Of a stretch of DNA of 64,000 nt, positions 27,284 to 39,200 are shown in pieces. The DNA is from an uncultured Candidatus Saccharibacteria bacterium (GTDB lineage: Bacteria > Patescibacteriota > Saccharimonadia > Saccharimonadales > UBA10212). Location of the stretch: positions 5,628 through 69,627 of the forward strand of contig CAYWQH010000007.1 in NCBI GenBank assembly GCA_964460855.1. The letters run 5' to 3'. The notes beneath the pieces are model-generated. The model saw nothing but the letters and a program-made list of their open reading frames with translations, was not told where the DNA came from and searched no databases. The position numbers and the translations under genes are program-made. Within the stretch, counting starts at the first letter, position 1. Every line of letters begins with the position of its first letter.

Positions 27284-30200
27284 ATGAATCCTGACCTGAT
27301 ATCGCCAAACGAGCCAGACCACAGCAAAATTCCGACTATCGGTCCGGATTCGATCGAGCTGTCAAACGACGCGATTACAACCGAAGTAAGCACTTACAAG
27401 TCGCCTAAATTGTCGTTCAAAGAAGAAGAGAGCCAGGCAAAGATACTGAGCAGCAATTTCCGATCGCCATCTACAATCGCGCTGCTTATTTTGGCGCTGC
27501 TGTCGATAATTTTCGTATCGGCAATGTTCGCTTTTCTGCAAAACAAGCAAGATACCGGCGGGTTACAGACCACAGCCAGTAAAATACCAGTCCAAAAAAT
27601 CAGTTTGCCACTATTATCTTCACAAAAAAGCACGCTTCTGGACCAGACCAAAAAAGACACTTTGCTGGTTAACGGCGACATTTACTCGCAAGGTAACATC
27701 CGCTTGTACAAAGGTGATTACCATATCGATATCCAGGCCGATAATTTGACCGGCAACCAAACGTTCGTGCTGCCCGACGCATCCGGAACAATTTGTTTGA
27801 ACAGTAACAACTGCCAACTGGCTTCGCTTGCCCAACTGAACAAATTAGCGGCCCAGCTGAACACATTACAAGGCCAAAGCGCCGGGGTTGTGAACCTGCA
27901 GGCCGGAACCGGCATTACAATTGCCGGCAACAAGATCAATAATGCCGGCTTGCGGTCGCTAAACGGCTTAACCGGTGGCATTACCCTGCAGGGCACGGCC
28001 AACCAGATAGCAGTTAGCGTTTCTGGCAGCACAATAACCTTAACCACTCCTCAAAATATTGATTTGTTGGCGACCCCCACATTCCAGAGCATTAATTTAA
28101 GCGCAACCGGTACCCAGGGAGGCAACCAGATTTGCGACAGTTCCAATAATTGTGGTTACGCATCTAGTGTCGGCTCCGGCACGGGCGATGTAAACCAGGG
28201 CGGCAACAGCTTTGGCGCGACATTCGCCGTCGGCGCCAACGATAACTTCGGCTTTAATATCAAAACCAATAACACCGTGGTAGCCAGCTTTACCAATACC
28301 GGGCTGGCATTATTTAAACCGGCCGTAAACAGCGTGTCGGCCTTCCAGATCCAGGATAACTCCGGAAATTCGGTTTTGGCGGCAGATACGGCCGGCGGCC
28401 AGCTGGTATTAGGTACGGCTAACAATGTTACCGGCAAAATAAAGTTTATGAGCGCGGCCGGCGCCGGCAGCGTTAGTTTAGCCGTGGCGAATCCGGCAGC
28501 TTCTAACTTCAACCTGGTATTGCCGGCCGAAAACGGTACGCTATGTTCGACGGCCGGCTCGGCCGCCTGTTTGTCGGTGTATGCCGCATCCTCCGGTTCA
28601 GCAAATTATATCCAAAACCAAAATGCCGCGGACCAGGCAGCCGACTTTAGGATTTCCGGCAGCGGCCGGGCCAACACCTCGATTACTACACCGCTGCTCG
28701 ATACGCCAAGCGCGGCCGCCCTCAATATAGGAACGAGCAACGCCACGGCCATAAACTTAAACCAAAGCACCGTAATTGCCACCGGCAAAAGCTTTTCGGC
28801 GTTTGGTAGCGGCTTGTTCCGCGACAACGCCAACTCGGCAACGGCCTTCCAGGTCCAAAACTCGGCCAGCAACAGCGTTTTGACTGTTGATACAACCAAT
28901 GCCTTATTAATACTAGGCAAAGGTTCGACGCTGGCTGGCAAACTGGTTTTAAATAACTCCAGCAATAATTTTAACGGCACCCTTCAAACAGCGGCGCTCG
29001 GCCAAAATACAACTTATACTTTGCCCGATCCCGGCGCCGTTAGTGCCAATATATGTTTAAGTACCGGCAACTGTGCCGCTGCCGGGGCTGCGGGCGGCGA
29101 TTTGACCGGCAATTATCCGAACCCCACAATCGCCAAACTGCAGGGCACAACGGTAACAACCGCCAGCCTGAATGCCGGCGACATATTCTTATATAATGGC
29201 GCCGCCTGGGTCAACCAGGCCGTCAGCGGAGATATTGTATTTAACGGTTCAGGTGTTGCGTCCATCCAAGCAAACAGCGTTGCCCTAGGCACGGATACCG
29301 TAGGCAATTATGTCGATTCGCTGGGCAGCTTAACCGGCTTGACTACTTCGGGCAACAGCGGCGAAGGCAGCACGCCGACCTTGAGCGTTATATATGGAGC
29401 AACAGCGAATTCGGCGGTGCAGGGAAACGTTGCGATTACTTGCCCTAGCGGCTCCGGCAACTTAAGCGGCGGCGGCAACTCGATTACTCTCGGATCGGGC
29501 GGCAGCTGCAACAACATTACAATCAGCAACAGCCCGACTTTCTCGGGGACTTTGGCGGTACAGGGCGCGACCATAACTGTCGGCGCGGCCGCCCAGCAGG
29601 GTTCATTAATATTGAATGACGGCAGCTCCAATACTGGCACGCTACAGCTGGCTGCTTTGGGCCAAAACACGGTTTACACATTACCGGATCCCGGAGCGGG
29701 TTCGACATCAATTTGTTTGACCACCGGCAACTGCGCCGGCCTGGGCGGCGGCATTACCGGCAGCGGTACATCAGGTAAAATCGCTAAATTTACGGCCGGC
29801 GGCGCGATTGGCGATTCTACCTTGAGCGAATCGGGCAGCACTTTAACTGCTTCAGGAAATATTATTATCCAGGGCAGCAATGCCCTGGCGCTAGGCACTA
29901 GCAGCTCAATAGACGGCTCGATTAAGTTTTATAATTCGCTGGGGGCGCATACTGTTACCTTGCAAGCCCCGGCAGCCGACCCGCTGGCCGACTTGACCTT
30001 TAAATTGCCATCATCATACGGCGGCAACGGCGATTGCTTGCTCTCTAACGGCATAGGCGGCTTATCATTCAGCGCTTGCACCGGCGGGGCCGGCGGCGGT
30101 GTTACCAACTTAGACAGCCAAACCGGTGTGGTTACGCTGGCTAACAGTAGCGGTAGCGGCGGCACGGTCACTATCGATGACGCCTCGACCGCCCAAAAAG

Positions 30201-33200
30201 GTATCGTCCGGTTTAACAACACCAACTTCAGCGTGGCCAGTGGCATCGCCAATACTATCCAGGATATAGCTACGACTTCCAGCCCGACGTTTACGGCTAT
30301 CAATACCAATACGATTACACCTTCCGGAGCCTTCACGCTTGGCGCTACCGGCCAGAGCTTCACCCTGCAGGGCAGCAGTGCCAGCAAGCTAACGGCTACC
30401 GGCGGCGGCTTTACGACTACTATCGGCTTCACCGGCGTAGCTACGGCTTCGCAAACGTTTAACTTCGACCGCACGGCTGCGGCCGGCACCTACACAATCT
30501 GTACTACCGCGGTTGTATGTGCCGGATACGCGGCCAGTTCCGGTTCGGGCAATTATATCCAAAACCAGAATTCGGCCGACCAAAGCGCCGACTTCCGCAT
30601 CAGCGGCACCGGCCGGGCCAATACTTCCATCCAAACGCCATTACTGGATACAGCCGCCGCCGCCGCCTTAAACATCGGCACCAATAACGCTACGGCCGTT
30701 AATTTAAACCAAAATACTAATGTCGCCAGCGGCAAGATTTTCTCGGTGCTGGGCACCAGCCTATTTAAAAATAATGCCGATTCAGCTACGTCATTCCAAA
30801 TCCAGAATGCCGGCGGACGCAACGTCTTTACCGCCGATACCAGCAGCGCCCAGATAATATTGGGCGATGGCACCCACTTAAACGGCAAATTGGTATTTAA
30901 AAACAGCACCAATAACTTCAGCGCCATTGTCCAATCGGCAGTAATTGCCCAGGATACGACCTATAATTTGCCGGACGGCGGCGGGGCCAGCGTTGATTTT
31001 TGTTTGAGCAGCGGTAACTGCGTAGCAGCCGGCACGGCCGGCGGCGACTTGACCGGTTCTTACCCGAACCCGACAATTGCCAAGCTCCAGGGCGCCAACC
31101 TTAATACTTCCAGCCTGACTGCCGGCGACCTGATGTTATACGACGGTTCGCAGTGGCTAAACCAGGCCCTATCCGGTGACGCTTCGGTAAACGGTTCCGG
31201 ATCAGTTACGATTTCGGCTAACGCCGTTGCATTAGGTACCGATACGACCGGCAATTATGTGGCTACGCTAGGCTCGCTGACCGGTTTGAGTACTACCGGC
31301 AACAGCGGTGAAGGCAGTTCCCCGACGCTTAGCGTTCTGTACGGCGCGATCGCGAATACGGCGGTGCAGGGTAATGTAACTTTGACTTGCCCGGGCGGCA
31401 CCGGCAATGTCGGTGGTGGCGGCAATACTATCACGCTCGGCAGCGGCGGCAGCTGTAGCAACATTACATTCAGCAATAGCCCGACTTTCTCCGGTACGTT
31501 AACTGTCCAAGGGGCAACGGTTACTGTCGGCACGGCCGCCCAGCAAGGATCATTGGTATTAAATGATGGCAGCGCTAACACCGGTACCCTTAAGACTGCC
31601 GCTTTAGGCCAGGACACAATTTATAGCTTGCCGGATCCAGGCGCTGGTTCTACGACTATTTGTATCAGCACCGGCAACTGCGCCGGCGCCGGCGGCGGTA
31701 TAACCGGCAGCGGCACCGATGGCAAATTGACCAAATTCGCCGGCGGCGGCACCCAGGTAGTTGATTCAACCTTGAGCGAATCAGGCAGTACATTAACGGC
31801 CAGCGGCAATATAGTTATCCAAGGCGGCAACAGCTTAACGCTGGGCACTAGCAACTCACTGGATGGTTCAATCAAGTTCTACAACTCATCCGGCACCCAT
31901 ACGGTTACGCTTCAGGCTCCAGCCGCCGATCCGTTATCCAACCTGACATTTAAATTGCCGTCAGCGGACGGGAGCGCCGGCGACTGTTTATTAACCGACA
32001 GCTTTGGAGGCTTGTACTTTAATGCATGCCCGGGCGGCGGGGGCGGCAGCGTAACCAGCATTGATTTATTGAGCGGCGCTTTAACTATCGCTAACAGCAC
32101 AGGCAGCGTCTCAACTATAACGATCGATGACGCCTCTACCGCCCAAAAAGGCATCGTCCGGTTTAACAACACCAACTTCAGCGTGGCCAGCGGCATCGCC
32201 AATACCATCCAGGATATCGCTACCACATCCAGCCCGACATTCGCATCAATAAACACTAATACAATAACGCCGTCCGGCGCCTTTTCGCTGGGAGTGACCG
32301 GCCAAAGCTTTACACTTCAAGGCAGCAGCGCCAGTACCGTAACCGCTACCGGCGGAGGTTTTACTACGACCGTTGGTTTTGCCGGTGTAGCCACGGCTTC
32401 GCAAACGTTTAACTTCGACCGCACGGCCGCCGCCGGAACATATACTATCTGCACCACGGCAACAGTTTGTGCCGGTTATGGCGCGGCGTCGGGCAGCGGC
32501 AACTATATCCAAAACCAAAGCGCATCCGACCAGTCTGCCGACTTCCGCATCAGTGGCACCGGCCGGGCCAATACCTCGGTCCAAACACCGTTGCTTGATA
32601 CCGCTACCGGCGTAGCCTTAAACATCGGTACGACCAATGCCACCAGTATCAACTTAAACCAGTCCGTAAGCATCGCAGCCAACAAGAGCTTATCTTACGC
32701 CGCAGGTTCGGGCACGTTCGACCAAAGCGCCAGCAGCGGCACGTTCTCGACAGGTTCGGGCAATGTCTCTATAAACGGCAATGCGACCGTAGCCAATAAC
32801 AAAAGCTTTACCGCCAATGGAGCAGCTGTATTCCAGGACGCTACCAATGGTACTTCAGCTTTCGTGATCCAAAAAGCGACCGCCTCGGACATTTTATTCA
32901 CCGCAGATACATCTAATAACCGGGTAATAATCGGTAATGCCACGGCGTCTGCCGGCTCGGATACGACTGCGCTGGTTTTGGATTCAGCCGCTACAGCTAA
33001 CGCCCCAAGCGGCATTAATGGCGCCATGTATTACGATACTACCTTGAATAAATTCGAATGTTACCAAAATGGAATTTGGGTAGACTGTATTACCAATACC
33101 GGTGCCGGCGGCCCGACTTTGCAATCGGCCTATAACAACTCTACCGGCGGCACCACGCCCGAAATTAAACTCGACAGCACCCGCGGCGCATTGGATATCC

Positions 33201-36200
33201 AAGACGCCAACTCTACAATTGGCGGCAACTTATTAAATATCCGGGCCAGCAATGGCAGCGGCTTGGGCCAGATACTATTTGGGGTCGGCAATACCGGCGC
33301 CATAACCGCCCAAAACAGCTCCAATTCGACGGCCGCCTTCCAAATCCAAGACGCCGCCGGGACCTCGCTGTTAAATGTCGACACTTCAACGGCTCTAAGT
33401 GTGCTGGCCAATCCCAGCGCCGAACAAGCCCTGGCCGGCAACTGGATAGCCAAAGGCGGCGCCACGGTAACCCAGGACAGCACCCAGAAGTGGATTGGCA
33501 ATAACTCCATAAAAGTCATAACGACTGCTTCTAATGTGGATGGCGTCCAGCAAAACATTACCTTAACCGACGGCCCGGCCGTAACTTACGGCCTGACTTT
33601 CATGGCCAAGCTGGATGGTGCCAGCGCCGCCTTTAACACCATTATTGCCCGCTACAATAACGGCACGGCTGATACGGCTTGTTTGGCCGGCGGCGGGGTA
33701 GTATCGACGGGCTGGCAGCGCTACACTTGTACGTTCAACTCGCCAAACTCGCATTCCGGCACTCCATACTTATATATCGGCCAATCAGATAATACCGCCC
33801 ACACCTTCTATATTGATGCCATCCAACTGATCCAGAACTCCACCTTGTCGCCATATACGGACGGCGTAATTTCACTAAACGGTGTTATAAGTTCGCCGGC
33901 TATTTTCCAAAACCAAAGCGACTCCACCAATGCTTTCCAAATCCAAAACTCCACAGGTACCAGCAACGCGCTTATAGTAGACACGGTTAACAGCCGGGTC
34001 GGCATTGCCGGCCGGCCGTCGATACTTTCGACATCTGGCCTGGAAGTAACCGGCACAACTTACTCTTCGACTGGCTTTGTCATCGGCACCAGCACCAGTG
34101 CCGGCAACATCACCAAGTTCTTTACGGTTGGAACCGGCGGGGTAACCGCCTCCCATCCGGTTGTCCTTAATACAGACAGCGGCAACCCAAGGGTGATGGA
34201 AACAACCGTTGCCCGCGACCAGCATGTTATTGGCGTAGCTGGCACGACTGCCGCCGCCACAGGAACAGCCTGGGTAACTATTTATGGGGCAGCCCAAGTT
34301 AACGCTGATGCCCACGTCTTCGGCAGCGCCGGCGGTGCCATTGCCCCTGGCGACCGCTTGGTTGTAAGCGCTTCGGGCACAGTATATAAGGACAATAGCG
34401 CTACTTCCGGAATTGTTGGTATCTCGCAGGGCACATTGGCCTTAAACGGCACCAGCTCCACCTTAAACATTTGGGTCATGCCCCAAACCGGCAATGATAA
34501 CGCCCGGTTCCAAAACACTGTCGATAACGGTACGTCATTCGCCATCCAAAATGCCGCCGGCACCAGCCTATTAAACTCAGATACGACAAACAGCCGGATT
34601 TCTATCGGCTCTACAGGTACTAACACCGGCCAGTTATACGTCAGCGGCTTGGTAAACTCAACGGCCGTCAGCTCGACCGCGGTTAATGCCGGTGACTTGC
34701 GCATCCAGGGCAAGTTCGGCTATGAGCTGGACGGCAGCACTAACAGCTTCTTTATCTATGACTTTACCAACCCGGCCAGCCCGACTCTGGTTAACACTGT
34801 TAATACCAACACCACCGGATCTTGCGTTTGGCCGTCGGCCATAGTGATTGGCGGAAAATATGCCTATATAACTTGCCAAACCAACGACAAGCTGGGCATT
34901 TACGATATATCGAATCCGAAATCAGTCACTAGCGTTTCGACGACATCCACCGGTAATGCCGACGAGCAGGGCCTATTCTTATCAGGCCGCTACCTTTACC
35001 ATGCCACCGGCTCAGCCGGAACGCTGCAAGTCTGGGATGTCGCCAACCCGGCCCTGCCGGTACTTAAAGGTACAAAGACCTTTGCCGCCAATACCAGGAC
35101 TTACAGCGTGTTTGTCCAGGGCCGCTACGCTTATGTCGCGTCGCGCGACTCGGTAACTGCCGCTAACTCTAAGTTTTACATCGTTGACGTGGTTGATCCG
35201 ACCAACCCGACCCAGGTCGGTTCATTTACTACGGCCGATACTCCGATAAGCGGTTTTGAAACCGGCTACCAATATGTTTATGTCCAGGGTATTTACGCTT
35301 ACGTGACAATTGCCGGCTCAACTGATGCCGTCAAAGTGTTAAATATTTCCGACCCGACCAATCCTACGTTGGTAAGCACTATCAGCGGCGCCGGCGCCGG
35401 GCCGACATCTGTCGTAGTTCGCGGCAAATACTTGTACATTGGCTTTTATAACTCTACTCGAATTGTCATATATGACATTTCTAACCCGGCCGCCCCGGCA
35501 TCAGTAAATACTGTTGGTACTACAAATGGCGTGATAAGTATGCAGATCCAGGGCCGCTACGCCTACACCACCAACGCCGGCAACACCATGCGGGTTTACG
35601 ACCTGGGCGGCGCCTATATCCAGCAGCTGGAAGCCGGCGGCATTGAAACCAGCGTGCTGCAAGTAAATAATTCGGCAAATATTTTGGGCGATGCCAACAT
35701 TGCCGGCGGCTTATCAATCGGCCAAAGCCTTCAGCTAAACGGCAACTTAGGCGCCAGCGGCCAGGCTATGTTCCAAAACGCCGCCAACTCCACCAGCGCC
35801 TTCCAAATCCAAAACGCCGCCGGTGGCAGTATATTTAACGCCGATACTACTAACGGCGGAGCTATTACGGTACTCGGCCAAAATAGCGGCGAAGTCGGTT
35901 CCTGGACAACCCAAGCCAGCAACTTGAATACTGCTTTGCAAGACAGCTCAGCTGTATACGCGAACGGTTACATATATATCTTGGGCGGCGCAAACGGCAC
36001 CCCCACGGCCCAAACTACTACCCAATACGCCAAAGTAAACGCCGATGGCAGCTTGGCGGCATTCACGGCCGGACCGTCGCTGCCAGCCGCCCGGGTAAAC
36101 GGCACCGCTGTTTACCTAAACGGTTATATATACTACATATCCGGCGGAAGCAGCAACGGCTCGATTTATTACAGCAGGGTTAACCCCGACGGAACACTTA

Positions 36201-39200
36201 ACGCCTGGCAAACTAACCCGCTAGTTTATCCTGTATCAAACAACGGCACACGAACCGGCTTAACTTCCTTTACCTACAACGGCTATATTTATACCTGGAG
36301 CGGCAGCAACATTCAGGAATACACCTTCGTTAAGCCAAACACCGACGGTACTTTAAGCAACTGGACGTACGTACAGAACTTCGCAAACACTAACAACCGG
36401 TCATTTACCGGCTTAGCAGTCGCAAATGGCTTCGTTTACTGGGTCGGCGGCCAAAACAATACTGGTACTCCAACAACAAGCGTCACATTCTCCACCATTA
36501 ATAGTGACGGGACTCTTAGCACGCCAACTTCAACCACCGCTTTGCCGGAAGCCCGTTCAACATACGGCGGCCGGGTAGAAGTGGTTAACGGCTACTTGTA
36601 CGTAATGGGAGGCGTCAACGCCTCCGGCACCTTACGCAGTACTGTTTACTATGCCAAGCTTAACTCTAACGGCACAGTCGGTAACTGGAATACCGCTGTG
36701 AATAATTTACCGGTGGCAACTGGTATTTCCGACAACGAGACAATGAGCGCAAATGGTTACTTGTACGTTATTGGCGGTAACCTGAATGCCTCGAATGCAG
36801 TCTCTGCTACGACGTACTATGCTTCGGCCTCGCGCTTAAGTGTCGGCGGCGCACTTGATCTGGTAGGCTCCACCGCAAACAGCGGTTCTATCGCTAGCGG
36901 CGGCGGCTCATTAACTTCCGGAAATACCAACGTATTAGGATCACTTAATGTGGCTGGCGAATCATCATTTAGCGGCGGCGCGTCGTTTGCCGGTTTACTT
37001 TCAGCCGGAGCCGGCATTAACGTCCAGGGCAGCGCCAACGCCACTGCGCTATCTACTACTACTTTGTCCGCTCCATCCGGCTCGGTAACAGTTGCCACCG
37101 CTGGCTCGGCCGGCGGTGCTACTTGGTCATATAAGATCACGGCAGTTGACGGTAATGGCAACGAATCCACTACTTCGGCAACCGGATCAATCGGTACCGG
37201 AAACGCAAACCTTGACACCTCAAACTTTAACAAGATTACTTGGAATACCGTCCGTGGCGCCAGTTACTACAACATTTACCGAACAGCAGTAGGTACGTCG
37301 CCAGCCACAACCGGCTTAATTGCTACTGTTGCCGCCGGCCCGAACGCTACTCAAACAGCCTTTGACCAAGGCGCCCAAGGCGCAACCGGTTCGACGCCAG
37401 TGACTACCACTAAATCCGGCAGCCTATCAGTTGCCGGCGCCATCCAGGGCCAGGCTTCATTCGTCGGCGATATCTTGTCCAGCCAACTTACTCCGGTCGG
37501 CGGCGTATCTGTCAACACTAACACAACGGGCGCAACCAGCTACACGTACGCCGTAACTGCTGTAGACGTTCAGAATAACGAAACGTCAGCAACTTCCGTT
37601 ACCTATGGAAGCGGTAATGCCAACATTGCTACGAGCAACAACGTAATAGTCTGGAGCCCGGTACCCGGCGCAGCTAAATATAAGATTTACCGCACGGCAT
37701 CAGCCGGTTTGCCGGCTACCACCGGCCTTATTGGTACGAATACTATCAGCAACAACAACACTAATATCGGCCCGCAAACCTTCATTGATACAGGTATTGC
37801 TGGTGACGGCAGCATCGCGCCTTCTACCAATACCACCGGCGTCGCGGTGTTTAACGGCTACTCAACTACGTCAAAAAGCGCCGTTAATAACTCTACGGCC
37901 TTCCAAATCCAGAATGCAGCGGGAAGCAGCCTGTTTACGGCCGACACCAGTAGGTCTAGCATTACCATTTTAGGAAACAACAGCCCAGAAACGGGCACTG
38001 GCTCCGGTAACTGGACAACTGCCGCAAATACCTTTACAGGTATTAGAAGCGGTGAGGCGGCCGTAACCGCTAACGGCTACATTTATGTGCTGGGCGGCAA
38101 TACTTCGACCACCAGCGTCCAATACGCTAAATTAAATGCCGACGGCAGTCCGGGAACTTGGGCGGCTACCACCGCTTTGCCATCAGCCCGGGCCAACATC
38201 GCCGCAGTATTCTATAACGGTTATATCTGGATATTTGGCGGAACTTCCGATACTAACGTATATAGCGCTAAAGTTAATACTGACGGCACGCTAGGTTCAT
38301 GGAACCAGACCACTTCGCTAACAGCCGCCACAAGCTTGGACCGAATTGCCGCCGTGACGGCCAATGGCTATGTATATATCATCGGCGGCCGGACAACCAG
38401 CGGCACGGTCGTTAGCAGCCAAACGCAGTGGGCTAAGTTAAACTCTGATGGTACGATTACCAGCTGGACCCAAGGATCCGGCGGCCAGCTGCTGCCGGCG
38501 GCCCGCGAAGGCGGCTCGGCCGTGATTGCCAACGGCTACGTCTATTATGTCGGCGGCTTAAATGTAAACCCGCAAAACAACGTATATATCGCCCAGGTTA
38601 ACGCCGACGGCTCTCTAGGTAACTGGTCGACCAGTGGCAATCCGCTGCCAGATTCTAACGCGCCGGGCGCCGGCCGGGCTTATCATGGCTTGGTCCAACT
38701 AAACGGTTACTTATACGTAATAGGCGGGCGCTTGAATGGTTCAGGCACCGGTACAAATACAATCGAATACTCTCAAATCACCGCTGCCGGTACAAATAGT
38801 AGTTGGTCGACATCCGGCCAAACTTTACCAGCTACCCGTTATATAACCCGGGCAGTTACCGAAAACGGCTATATTTACTTGCTGGGCGGTGTCGACAACG
38901 TCGGCCCGACCGACCAGAACACAACGTATTACACCTCAACCCAGCGCCTTAAAGTCGGTGGTTCGCTAGACTTGGTGGGCCTATCCGGGATAAACCTGGC
39001 CGATAGCGGCGCTACGGGCGGTAACTTAACAGCTGGCAATGGCTACTTCGTAGGCCGGCTGCAAGTTAAAGACCAGGCTACATTTGACGCGGGTCTTTCC
39101 GTAGAAGGCGAAACTGTTGCAAGGGGCGGTTTGACGATCGTCAGCACCGGTACGGGTAATATTCCATTGCAGATAAATAACACCACCACCGGCATTAACT

